DNA from: Deltaproteobacteria bacterium
Lineage (GTDB): Bacteria > Desulfobacterota > GWC2-55-46
DNA length: 64,000 bases
Direction of reading: 5' to 3'
Assembly: GCA_016234935.1 (NCBI GenBank)
Contig: JACRNL010000011.1
Location: 129,472-193,471, forward strand
The notes under the pieces were generated by a model. It ran no database searches, was not told the origin of the DNA, and saw only the letters and a list, made by a program, of their open reading frames with translations. Positions 20,199 to 29,465 of the stretch are shown in pieces; the first letter of the stretch is position 1; each line of letters begins with the position of its first letter. The position numbers and the translations under genes are program-made.

Positions 20199-22310
20199 AT
20201 GCCGGGTTATGTCAAGGATGTTTTGTGCGGCAAGCGTATTTATATGAAAATCAGGTTTTACAGCTATTTCGGCGCCCTGCAGGTGATGTCGGTCTTTTTG
20301 TCAGGGGCGGGAAAGGAGATATACTATTTCGATATATCCGCGGCAGGCAAGGCCTTGCTTGGCCTCTTGAATATGAAAGGCCGCGTCAAGCCTTTTGAGT
20401 TCATCTTAGCCGAAGTAAAGGATTCAACCGGTCAGAGTTATTTCCCGAGGATATACGGAAGAGATATCGTGGCCGTATGCGACGTGATAGAGAATGACGT
20501 ATTCAGGAAAAACCCTCTAATAGACGCGCTTGGAAATATCTTTGACAGGGAAAAGATAATCCTGTATTTCAGAAAGATCGCAGGCAAGGAAATAGCCGAA
20601 AATATCGCATTCTTAAATGTTATTTCGTGGCACTGCCAAACGGTATCGGGCAATAAGCCTGATGCCGTTGAGTTTTTTATAGAGAGCACGGCGTACTACA
20701 GGGCGTTAAGAGATTTTGCGCTGAGAGAGCACCGGATATCGCTTGGCTGGCAGGTCTCCTCAAGAAAGATGTTCAGGTTTTTTTACCCGCTAATTGGGAA
20801 TGTGTTCCTTTCGGTTCTGCTGTGTTTTAGACCGCTTGCAAGCTTTTTTAGCACGACAAAAAAGCTGCCATCAGATAAATCCAGGCCGGTTCTTGCCAGT
20901 TTATATACTGTCAGGGGATTGACCTTTGACCGCACGAAGCGCTGCGATTTCCCCTGGCTGCTCATGTCTGAAATGTCACGCGAGCAGATATTGATCTATT
21001 TCGACAGAAAGGACCTGCCGGTCACGGACGATATGGCTGAGTTGCTGAGGCGGCAGGGTGTCAACTGCATGGCGATGTCTGCCGAGGCAACCAGCGTAAG
21101 CGGGATGCCTGTTTTCGTCCCTTCGTTCGTAACCGTGAAAAAGCTCCTCAGGCAGACCGGCCGTGTTTTATTTGCCGCTTTTAAAGAGGCATCCCGTCTC
21201 AGGTTGCGCTCATTAGTTTATTTGAGCGCTGGCATTCGTTTCGCGAGAGAATATTCCGTTGCATACGATTTTTACCTTTCCAATAATATTAAGATAAATA
21301 TGGATTTTATTGATTTTGACCCCAACCGGATACCGAGGAGCCTTGCGCTGAGAGACGCGGGCGGGGTAAGCATAAGCTATCAGGTGTCTAACTGGCCCAT
21401 ACCCAACGTGATACTTGGCACGGGCGCGGATATCTTTTTCATGTTCGGGCCGCACTATTTGAAAAATTTTCTTAAAGGCGGCGCCTGTAATGACGCCGTT
21501 GTTTATACCGGATATACGTCTGATTATTCATTTGCCGCAGTTAAGGAAAGGGCAAGGGATTTGCGGGAGAGGCTTGTGGGGAGCGGTGCGCAGTTTGTGG
21601 TCGCTTATTTCGATGAGAACTCCGCCGGGGGCAGGATGAGCATCATCCCGCATAAAACAGCCGCGGTAATCTATAAAAGACTTTTGGAGCTGGTCGTAGC
21701 GGATGGAACCATTGGTCTTATTTGCAGCCCTAAGCGCCCCAAGACCCTTCTTAAGCGAATGCCGGAGCTTTCATCTCTTTTGAAAAAGGCAAAGGATACG
21801 GGCAGGTGTCTGTTTATCGAGGGAGAATACGCCACTGACAAATATCCTGCCGAATCAGCGCAGGCCTCAGACCTTGTGATAACTTTATTGATAGGCGGCA
21901 CTACGGCGCTGGAGAGCCACCTTTGCGGCCAAAGGGCGGTCTTCCTTGATCTGGAAGGGTTTTATTCCTACACGGAATATGAATGGGGCAGGAACACCAT
22001 CGTCTTTGACGATATGGACGCTCTAATATCGGCTATCGAAAGATTCCGGCAGGATGGGCAGGCAAACGACGCGCTGGGCAATCCCGCGCTGATACGAACG
22101 CTTAATGAAAAAGATCCGTTCCGCGACGGGAAGGCCGCCGAAAGGATGGGGCAGTATCTGAACTGGCTGCTTGAGGCCTTTAACCAGGGCGGGACAAGGC
22201 AGGACGCGATCGCGTCCGCCAACAGCAAATATGCGGAGCAATGGGGCAAGGAAAATATCGTAAGGCTTGAATATCCGGCAGGGAGCCGTTTGTCGCCGGA
22301 TAAGGATTGA
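20199..22310 (+). CDS. Large hypothetical protein with GT-B-like C-terminal signature (putative glycosyltransferase), 703 aa
   Basis: C-terminal ...DLVITLLIGGTTALESHLCGQRAVFLD resembles the GT-B donor-binding motif. Lower GC than its flanks. No other motif recognised. Confidence 0.45.
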   Translation: MPGYVKDVLCGKRIYMKIRFYSYFGALQVMSVFLSGAGKEIYYFDISAAGKALLGLLNMKGRVKPFEFILAEVKDSTGQSYFPRIYGRDIVAVCDVIENDVFRKNPLIDALGNIFDREKIILYFRKIAGKEIAENIAFLNVISWHCQTVSGNKPDAVEFFIESTAYYRALRDFALREHRISLGWQVSSRKMFRFFYPLIGNVFLSVLLCFRPLASFFSTTKKLPSDKSRPVLASLYTVRGLTFDRTKRCDFPWLLMSEMSREQILIYFDRKDLPVTDDMAELLRRQGVNCMAMSAEATSVSGMPVFVPSFVTVKKLLRQTGRVLFAAFKEASRLRLRSLVYLSAGIRFAREYSVAYDFYLSNNIKINMDFIDFDPNRIPRSLALRDAGGVSISYQVSNWPIPNVILGTGADIFFMFGPHYLKNFLKGGACNDAVVYTGYTSDYSFAAVKERARDLRERLVGSGAQFVVAYFDENSAGGRMSIIPHKTAAVIYKRLLELVVADGTIGLICSPKRPKTLLKRMPELSSLLKKAKDTGRCLFIEGEYATDKYPAESAQASDLVITLLIGGTTALESHLCGQRAVFLDLEGFYSYTEYEWGRNTIVFDDMDALISAIERFRQDGQANDALGNPALIRTLNEKDPFRDGKAAERMGQYLNWLLEAFNQGGTRQDAIASANSKYAEQWGKENIVRLEYPAGSRLSPDKD

Positions 22311-22314
22311 TGCA

Positions 22315-23787
22315 ATGTCCCTCGGCGAAAAGAACATAAGAAACTTCTTCATCTACATCTTTCCGAAGTTCGTCGGCTACGGGGTGCAGTTCGTTACGCT
22401 TCCGATCCTGACGCGCATACTTTCCCCTGCGGACTTCGGCGTCGTGACGATGACCATGCTCTTTGCAACGCTCGGGGCAAGCGTCCTTACGCTCGGGATA
22501 ACCTCCGCCGCTCAAAGATACTATTTTGAGTATAAGCCCGGCGGAGACGGCCTGAACGCGCTGGTGTTTTCCTCCCAGCTCTTTTTGTATCTCATGCTGG
22601 CGGTTTCTTCGGCAGCCGCCTTTTTCTTCAAGGACCGTGTCGCGCTCCTGATTACCGGAGACGCAAAGTATGGCACAGCCGTCTTCCTTATGTTCATCGC
22701 CGGGTACCTCGGACAGGTCATTAATTTTTATCTTTATATGTACCAGAACATGGAAAAGGCGTCGTGGCACTCGGCCTTCAACATTTCAAGGAGCGTCCTG
22801 ACGGGCGCTTTGAGCCTGCTGCTCGTCTGGCATTTCAGGATGTCCTACATGGGGATGATCTGGGCGTCCCTTGCGGCCACGGCCGCAGTGTGCCTTGCCA
22901 TGTTCGTGCTGTTTAACAGGGGTTTTACTTTCCGCTTGAGCTTTAGGGTGCTGATTGACAATATAAAGTTCGGGCTTCAGATAGTGCCAAAGTCGCTTAC
23001 GGGCTTCATAAACCTGTATTTTGACAAGTATATGATAAACAACATGCTCTCGCTCTCCGCGGTGGGCGTCTACAACATAGGGCAAAGCGTAGGCAATCTC
23101 GCCTTTTTCTTGATGAGTGCCATCTGGTCTTCTTTTCAGCCGGTCTATTACAGGGACGTCTTTGACCGGGGGGCCGAGGCATCGGGGAACGTGGGCAGGA
23201 TATTCACCATATTCGCCTACATATCGCTGGCGCCGCTCCTTGTCCTGATACTCTTTGCGGGAGAGGCGCTGTCCGTAATAGCCCCGCCCGCGTATTACGG
23301 CGCGCTCGACGTGATAATAATCATTTCCGCCGGCGTGGCCACGCAGACCTTCGGCATGTATGTCGGCGTGCAGTATGCCTACACCAAAAAGGCTTATTGG
23401 CTCTTTCCGATAACCGTTGCAGGGACCATAGTGAACGTGATTGCGAACGTCATCCTTATCCCGCGTCTGGGGCTTACGGGCGGCGCCGTCTCCTCGGCGC
23501 TTTCCACGGCGGCCTTTAACGTCATAGCGATAGCAATAGGCCAGAGGATTTACAGGATCGGGTATGAATGGAAGCCGATAGCGGTCTTATACGCGCTGAT
23601 AGCGCTGGCAATACCTTCGGCGCTCTACGTAAGGACGGATGCCTTCCCGTTCGCCGTTGTCTACGGCATTAAGCTCTCGCTCATAGCGTTCTATCTTTTT
23701 GCCGGGATAAAGACGCGTATAATAACAGAGACTTCGATTAAAAAGGTCGCCGGTTCACTGTTTAACTACCGGAGGAAGGAGGCCTGA
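22315..23787 (+). CDS. wzx: Wzx-like oligosaccharide flippase (MOP/polysaccharide biosynthesis protein family)
   Basis: About 490 aa with 12-14 TM helices throughout. Start at ATG 22315, just after the upstream stop. Confidence 0.75.
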   Translation: MSLGEKNIRNFFIYIFPKFVGYGVQFVTLPILTRILSPADFGVVTMTMLFATLGASVLTLGITSAAQRYYFEYKPGGDGLNALVFSSQLFLYLMLAVSSAAAFFFKDRVALLITGDAKYGTAVFLMFIAGYLGQVINFYLYMYQNMEKASWHSAFNISRSVLTGALSLLLVWHFRMSYMGMIWASLAATAAVCLAMFVLFNRGFTFRLSFRVLIDNIKFGLQIVPKSLTGFINLYFDKYMINNMLSLSAVGVYNIGQSVGNLAFFLMSAIWSSFQPVYYRDVFDRGAEASGNVGRIFTIFAYISLAPLLVLILFAGEALSVIAPPAYYGALDVIIIISAGVATQTFGMYVGVQYAYTKKAYWLFPITVAGTIVNVIANVILIPRLGLTGGAVSSALSTAAFNVIAIAIGQRIYRIGYEWKPIAVLYALIALAIPSALYVRTDAFPFAVVYGIKLSLIAFYLFAGIKTRIITETSIKKVAGSLFNYRRKEA

Positions 23788-23790
23788 GCC

Positions 23791-24687
23791 ATGAAGGACG
23801 CGTGCAACCTGTGTTTGTCGGATGGTTTTGAGCTTGTAAAATCTGCGCTGCGCGACCAGGGCGCGGAGCAAAAGGTTTATAGATGCCTTGCTTGCGGACA
23901 TGTTCAGCTCCTGCCGAGGCCGACGGCCGAGGAGGATAGCGCCTTTTACGACGCTAACCGTCAGGACAGAAACAGGGGTAAGGAGATAGATTACGAAAGG
24001 CTCCGGCTGAACAACCTCTTTGATACGGAAAGACATGTTAGTCTTATAAAAGGGCTTTGCGCGGACAAGGGTTCGCGGATACTTGATATCGGGGCGGGCT
24101 ATGGGTTTTTCGTCAACAGGCTCTACGGTGCCGGATACACAAAAGCAATGGGTATAGAGGTGAGTGAAGAAAGGCGGGCTATGGCCGTAAACCGCGGGCG
24201 CGCGGAGATTATCGACTTCGATGTTTTAAGCCCAGGGTGTGACATCGGCAGGTTCGCCATTGTAACGCTTTTTCACGTGCTGGAGCACATGGCCGACCCT
24301 GTTGCATTTTTAAGGGGTATTAAGGGCCTGCTAAGCGACGGCGCTGTCTTTGTATGTGAGGTGCCTAACGTAAACGAACTTCTTCTTGAGAGATCTAAGA
24401 CGTACAACGATTTTTATTGGATACGGGCTCACCTTAATTACTTTAGCGCCAAGACACTTGTTGATTGTTTTACAAAGGCAGGTTACGCGGGCGTACAGAT
24501 GCGCTTTGAACAGAGGTATGGGCTTTTGAATATGTGTAACTGGCTTTCAAAAGGCACGCCGCAGATAGACCATCCGGTATTCGAAATAGACGGCGCGTAT
24601 AAGCCGGTTGAGGATTTTTACAGGGAGCATCTTGCGTCAATGAGAAAGACGGACACGATAGTCGCGGTTGCAGGGCTGAAAAAATGA
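23791..24687 (+). CDS. Class I SAM methyltransferase with N-terminal CxxC...CxxC zinc ribbon
   Basis: CNLC...CLACGH zinc ribbon, then motif I ILDIGAGYG. 298 aa. Confidence 0.75.
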   Translation: MKDACNLCLSDGFELVKSALRDQGAEQKVYRCLACGHVQLLPRPTAEEDSAFYDANRQDRNRGKEIDYERLRLNNLFDTERHVSLIKGLCADKGSRILDIGAGYGFFVNRLYGAGYTKAMGIEVSEERRAMAVNRGRAEIIDFDVLSPGCDIGRFAIVTLFHVLEHMADPVAFLRGIKGLLSDGAVFVCEVPNVNELLLERSKTYNDFYWIRAHLNYFSAKTLVDCFTKAGYAGVQMRFEQRYGLLNMCNWLSKGTPQIDHPVFEIDGAYKPVEDFYREHLASMRKTDTIVAVAGLKK

Positions 24688-26624
24688 AGTATGTAGTAAT
24701 TGAGTTCATTGACGAATATAAGGCTTTTATAGAGTTTCTCGGTAAAGGTAAAGGCCGGCTTGAGGATTACGTCATAGTAGCCATTGAGCCAAAGCTCGAG
24801 GCCTATCTTGAGGCCAATGGCGTGAGATATCGCAATACCCTTAATTATTTCGACACCGGATCCCAAAAAAGGATATTGAGAGCGACCGAGAAGGTAATGG
24901 AGTATATAGAGAGAAACTTCACTTTTACGGATTCCGGCGGGCTCAGGAGCTGTTACGAAAAGGAGTTCGCGCATTATGTAAGGTTGTATATGAATCATAT
25001 GTTCAAGATGTTGGAGATATTCGGTGGTATTCGCGCGGAGGACAGCGGTTGTGAGTTATACGCGTGCGGAGGCGGTTCAATGACCGCGACTGCCATTATG
25101 TCGGACGATGAGAGATATCTCGCAAGGCTGGCGGCAGGCTTCGCTGATGCGCATAATCTTAGTTTTACGGATTTCAATGGAGATGCATCGGTATCCGCCG
25201 CGCCGGTTAGAGGCGGCTATGTAAATTCGGCAAATTTCGTTGTAAAACTCCTCAGCAGGGCAACGTTGTCGCTTTTTACCGGTAAAAAGACGATTTTTGT
25301 GCCGCGAATGGGGCATGTTTTCAAAGACATGGCAAAGCGGTTGTCGGCAAAGGACAGGCGAGTGGTCTTTGTGGCAATAGACTATACGGAAGGTTTTCTA
25401 TATGCGGCGGTCTTTAACGCGCTTTCTTTCTTCAAGTCGCTAACGGGGAGACAGCCATATAGAAATTATATCGTCAACGTGAATTTTTTCCGCAGCGCCG
25501 TATCTCATGACGAGTGTGAAAGATTGACGCAATGTGTTGATTCCATCGTCGAGCGCGGCGGACTGTTTGAATATAATGGCGTAGATTGCCGGGCGTTGAT
25601 TAAAATGAAGGTGGACGCAGGGCTTAAAGCCCACCTTTTGCGCATGCTCCACAGCTCGCATAATCTCAGTTATATGTTCGGCAGGATGAAAAGGTGGATG
25701 GTGATGTCGTTTTCCGGGCTCGACGCGATGGCCGTGGCCGGGGAGCTTACAAGAAGGCTCGGCGAAAGGTCTTTGTTTGTTTCCCACGGCGCGCATCCGG
25801 CGCCGTCGGATGAGTATCATGAAATAGAGCTTTTACGGCTGTGCAGGAGTTTCATGCTCAGCGACTACACGCACGTTGCTCTGAGCAGTCCCGTGCAGGA
25901 GGAGCATCTTCGTTACTTTAAGCGCAAATACGATTGGGTCGGTAATATTGAATTGAAGACAGGTCCGCTGGTTTTTGCCGACGTGATGGATATGGATAAA
26001 TCCGAAAGCAAAATAAGACTGGGCATACCTCCGGGCAACATTGTGCTGACTCATGCCACGACCACCAAGGCAAGGCACGGCGAAAGGTATTATTTTCTCG
26101 AAACATTGGATGAGTTTTTTGCGAGCCTTTCTGATATTGTCCGGTGCGTGGATGAGCGCCGCGGCGTGAGCCTGATAATAAGGGTCCATCCGGGGTTCCG
26201 TTTGAATGATGAAGAGATAAAAGCGCTTTTGCCGGCGTCTGCGAAATTCATTATACACAGGGATGGCCCCTTTAGCGAGGCGCTCTCGGCCACGGACGTC
26301 CTTATAAGTTATTCTTCGACCGCTATAGACGAGGCGCTCATGAATAAAATCCCGGTCTTGCTTTACGACAGGTGGAGCAGGTATAATCATTTCAAGACAG
26401 GTGTTTTTGAGGGGTCTTCGTCGCCGGATATTTTTCCTGTATGTTATGTGAACGCAAGAGAAAAACTGGCCGGAGCGGTTGAATATATGCTGGGAAAGAC
26501 CATGGCTGTTGATAAAAAAGATTTTGACAATGGCAGGTTCCGCTACTCGGAAGATTATTCCGAAAACCTCTTTAAGTTCGTTGAGGGCTCCTTGAATGCG
26601 CGTCAGCCCGGAGGGTTGCCATGA
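24684..26624 (+). CDS. Large hypothetical protein with GT-B-like C-terminal signature (putative glycosyltransferase), 646 aa
   Basis: C-terminal ...VLISYSSTAIDEALMNKIPVLLYD is a TagF/GT-B-like donor-domain motif. AT-shifted composition. Confidence 0.5.
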   Translation: MKYVVIEFIDEYKAFIEFLGKGKGRLEDYVIVAIEPKLEAYLEANGVRYRNTLNYFDTGSQKRILRATEKVMEYIERNFTFTDSGGLRSCYEKEFAHYVRLYMNHMFKMLEIFGGIRAEDSGCELYACGGGSMTATAIMSDDERYLARLAAGFADAHNLSFTDFNGDASVSAAPVRGGYVNSANFVVKLLSRATLSLFTGKKTIFVPRMGHVFKDMAKRLSAKDRRVVFVAIDYTEGFLYAAVFNALSFFKSLTGRQPYRNYIVNVNFFRSAVSHDECERLTQCVDSIVERGGLFEYNGVDCRALIKMKVDAGLKAHLLRMLHSSHNLSYMFGRMKRWMVMSFSGLDAMAVAGELTRRLGERSLFVSHGAHPAPSDEYHEIELLRLCRSFMLSDYTHVALSSPVQEEHLRYFKRKYDWVGNIELKTGPLVFADVMDMDKSESKIRLGIPPGNIVLTHATTTKARHGERYYFLETLDEFFASLSDIVRCVDERRGVSLIIRVHPGFRLNDEEIKALLPASAKFIIHRDGPFSEALSATDVLISYSSTAIDEALMNKIPVLLYDRWSRYNHFKTGVFEGSSSPDIFPVCYVNAREKLAGAVEYMLGKTMAVDKKDFDNGRFRYSEDYSENLFKFVEGSLNARQPGGLP

Positions 26625-27286
26625 GGACAGTCGGATTTATCCCATCGAAATTGAATAGTGAACGGGTGCCTTTAAAGAACATAAAAGATCTGGGCGGCAT
26701 TCCTCTTATTAACTACACCGTGTGCACGCTGAACAAGGTCGCGGCTGTGGACGAGATAGTCATTTTCGCCTCAGAGCCGTCCATCTGCGATTACGTGCAG
26801 CATGGCCTTAAATACAAGTTTATCCAAAGGCCGGCCTGCCTCGATACGCAGGAGGCGACGATACAGGATATCATCCGTGAGTTTTTGAAAAGGGACAGCG
26901 CTGACACGGTGGTGCTCATGCACTGCACCTCGCCTTTCCTAAAATCAGCGACAATCGCGGACTGCGTTGAAAAGGTCAACTCCGGCCGATACGAATCCGC
27001 ATTTACGGCCAATGAGATAAAAAAGTTCTGCTGGTTCAAGGGCAACCCGCTGAACTATTCCCTCTCGAAGCCGACCCCGCGCACGCAGGACATTGCCCCT
27101 GTAATAGTCGAGCAGTCGAGCCTTTATGTTTTTAAACGCGAGGTCTTTGAAAAGACCGGCCAGCGCATTTCCGACAGGCCCTATGTCAAGGCGATAGACC
27201 ATTTCGAGGGGCATGACATTGACACGCCGGAGGACTTCCGCGTGGCGGAATTGATAGTCAACACGGGTATGTTCGAGCTTTCATGA
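26621..27286 (+). CDS. pseF: CMP-pseudaminic acid synthetase PseF (acylneuraminate cytidylyltransferase family)
   Basis: MRTVGFIPSKLNSERVPLKNIKDLGGIPLINYTV NeuA-type N-terminus. 221 aa. Confidence 0.85.
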   Translation: MRTVGFIPSKLNSERVPLKNIKDLGGIPLINYTVCTLNKVAAVDEIVIFASEPSICDYVQHGLKYKFIQRPACLDTQEATIQDIIREFLKRDSADTVVLMHCTSPFLKSATIADCVEKVNSGRYESAFTANEIKKFCWFKGNPLNYSLSKPTPRTQDIAPVIVEQSSLYVFKREVFEKTGQRISDRPYVKAIDHFEGHDIDTPEDFRVAELIVNTGMFELS

Positions 27287-28434
27287 CAATAACGAACTGC
27301 TCCATATTTAAAAGATATCCTGTTTCTTTCGGTTCATCCGGCGTCAGCGCGGGCTATGAGATACTCGTCGGCAGGGGTATAACCCCGGCCATTGCAGATT
27401 TCCTCGCGCAAAAGACGAAGGACGACAGAGTCATTGTCGTCTGCGACGACTATTTCAAGGGGCGCATCGCTTCTTTGACAGATGCGCTCGCAAAGGCCGG
27501 CTTTAGCGTAAACGTTTACAGCTTCGAGGGCGGCAAGCACCACAAGAACATCAACGAGGCAATGCGCATATACGAGGCGCTGGAAAAGAGTGACTTCGCG
27601 CGCGATTCGACCATGATAGCCGTCGGAGGCGGCGTCATAGGAGACCTCGCGGGCTTCGTGGCAAGCACCTACTTGAGGGGGATGAACCTCATACACGTCC
27701 CGTCGTCGCTGACCGCGATGATAGACTCTTCCATAGGCGGCAAGGTCGCCATAAACTTCAGAAAGACGGTCAACGCCATCGGCAACTACTACCATCCGAT
27801 ATTAAATGTCATTGACCTTGACTTTATGGACACGCTGCCGCCGAGGGATTATCTTGCCGGGCTTGCGGAGATAATCAAATGCGCGGTGATAGCCGACAAA
27901 GAGCTTTTCGATTACCTCGACGTCAACTCCGAAGCGGTGCTCCGGCGTGAGGAAGTTGCGCTTTTGAAGATAATCTACCGCGCCATAGAGATAAAGCTCG
28001 ACCATGTGAGGGATGACGTAAGGGAGCAGAGTATAAGGCTGAAGCTGAACTACGGGCATACGATGGGCCATGCCGTGGAGATTTCTACCGGCATGTTTGA
28101 AGAGGTCTACAGGCACGGCGAGGGCGTTGCCATCGGCATGGTCGGGGCGGCGCATATCGCGAGGGCGTTTTTAAAGCAGGGCGATGAAATATTAAAGAGG
28201 CATGAGGCGGTGCTTGAAAAATACGGCCTGCCGGTTAAGTGCGCATCCGGCGCTATCGGGTTTGATGCTGATTTGCTAAAAAAGGAATGCCTTAGAAATA
28301 TCTTCAAGGATAAAAAGAAAAAGGACGCGATGCTTCGCTTTGTCCTGCCGGTTGCGATAGGCAGGTGCGAGGTATACGCGGGGATACCGGACGAGATGCT
28401 TCAGAAGGCGTTTGACTACATAATAGGCCAATGA
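27283..28434 (+). CDS. 3-dehydroquinate synthase-like sugar-phosphate cyclase family protein
   Basis: GGGVIGDLAGFVASTYLRGMNLIHVPSSLTAMIDSSIGGKVAINF is the DHQS-family NAD and metal site. 383 aa. Sits inside the glycan operon, not an aro context. Confidence 0.75.
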   Translation: MTITNCSIFKRYPVSFGSSGVSAGYEILVGRGITPAIADFLAQKTKDDRVIVVCDDYFKGRIASLTDALAKAGFSVNVYSFEGGKHHKNINEAMRIYEALEKSDFARDSTMIAVGGGVIGDLAGFVASTYLRGMNLIHVPSSLTAMIDSSIGGKVAINFRKTVNAIGNYYHPILNVIDLDFMDTLPPRDYLAGLAEIIKCAVIADKELFDYLDVNSEAVLRREEVALLKIIYRAIEIKLDHVRDDVREQSIRLKLNYGHTMGHAVEISTGMFEEVYRHGEGVAIGMVGAAHIARAFLKQGDEILKRHEAVLEKYGLPVKCASGAIGFDADLLKKECLRNIFKDKKKKDAMLRFVLPVAIGRCEVYAGIPDEMLQKAFDYIIGQ

Positions 28435-28462
28435 TGACGGTGAAAGACATTATTTCAAAATT

Positions 28463-28511
28463 CCCCTTAACCCCTTGAAGGGGCTGAGCCCCCTCAGGGG
28501 GTTAAGCCCCC
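28463..28511. repeat. Dispersed palindromic repeat family R1 (ccccttgaagggg / cccccTCAggggg units)
   Basis: Seen directly. Related copies at 33708-33734, 37877-37913 (inverted) and 58748-58788. Here followed by ggggggaag + T7, which is terminator-like. Confidence 0.85.
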
Positions 28512-28539
28512 TTTTACAAAGGGGGGAAGTTTTTTTATT

Positions 28540-28616
28540 CCTCCCCAGCACCACTTTCCGTTACTGGCATATGTATCTAATAGAAATGTTGGCGCCGGAA
28601 AGTGGTGCTGGGGAGG
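28540..28616. promoter_or_regulatory. Perfect 21-bp-stem inverted repeat (cctccccagcaccactttccg ... cggaaagtggtgctggggagg) with a 35-nt AT-rich loop, 16 nt upstream of the SDR gene start
   Basis: Seen directly. A degenerate short-loop version recurs at 63253-63305. Confidence 0.7.
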
Positions 28617-28632
28617 GTAGGGAGGATTTACG

Positions 28633-29421
28633 ATGTCGCAGTGTGGCAGGGGGGAGATGACGGACAAAAGATTTTCCATAAAAGACAGGGTCTGCGTTGT
28701 AACAGGCGCGGGCAAGGGCATCGGCAGGGAGACTGCAAGGCTCTTTTATGAAGAAGGGGCTTTCCTCGCGCTCATCACGAGGGACGGCAAAGACCTGCAA
28801 TCGCTTAAGACGGAGCTTGACCTTGATGACAGGCGCGTCCTCTTGTTTGAGGGCGACGTGTCCGATGAAAAGACCGTCAAAAGATTCATTGCCGAGGCCG
28901 CTGAAAAATTCGGCAGGATAGACGTCCTTGTAAACAACGCGGGCATGAGGTTTAGAAAAAAGCTCCTTGAGACAACGCCTGACGAATGGGCGCGGGTGAT
29001 GAACACGAACCTTACGAGCGTCTACCTCATGTGCCGCGAGGCAGGCCCGCACATGATAAGGCAGAAATGGGGCAGGGTCATAAACATCGCGTCCGTCATC
29101 GGAACGCTCGGCCTTGCCGAGCTTACGGCGTACGGCGCGTCAAAGGGCGGGATGCTAACGTTCACGAAGTGCCTCGCGCTCGAATGGGCGGGGCATAACA
29201 TAAACGTCAACGCCGTTGCCCCGGGCTTTTGCGAGACATCCTACGCTGAAAGTTTTAAAAAGAAAGAGGAGCTTTATAAATTCACCATCGAGAGAACGCC
29301 GCAGAAAAGGTGGGGCTCGTCAGCCGACGTGGCGGCGGCATGCCTTTTCCTGGCCTCCGGGGAGGCATCCTTCATAACCGGAGAGGTGCTGAGCGTGGAC
29401 GGCGGGTGGAGCGCATGGTAG
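28633..29421 (+). CDS. SDR family oxidoreductase (FabG-like)
   Basis: TGAGKGIGRE Rossmann motif and catalytic Y/K region (AYGASK). SD gggagg 7 nt upstream. Confidence 0.8.
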   Translation: MSQCGRGEMTDKRFSIKDRVCVVTGAGKGIGRETARLFYEEGAFLALITRDGKDLQSLKTELDLDDRRVLLFEGDVSDEKTVKRFIAEAAEKFGRIDVLVNNAGMRFRKKLLETTPDEWARVMNTNLTSVYLMCREAGPHMIRQKWGRVINIASVIGTLGLAELTAYGASKGGMLTFTKCLALEWAGHNINVNAVAPGFCETSYAESFKKKEELYKFTIERTPQKRWGSSADVAAACLFLASGEASFITGEVLSVDGGWSAW

Positions 29422-29465
29422 GCGATGAGCGTGGAACGACCGTTCAACCTGGAAGGGGTTTCTAA

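Noticed and set aside
27283-28434. Calling the DHQS-like gene aroB (shikimate pathway)
   Set aside because: No aro neighbours, and it is translationally coupled within a glycan operon. Kept as a family-level call only.
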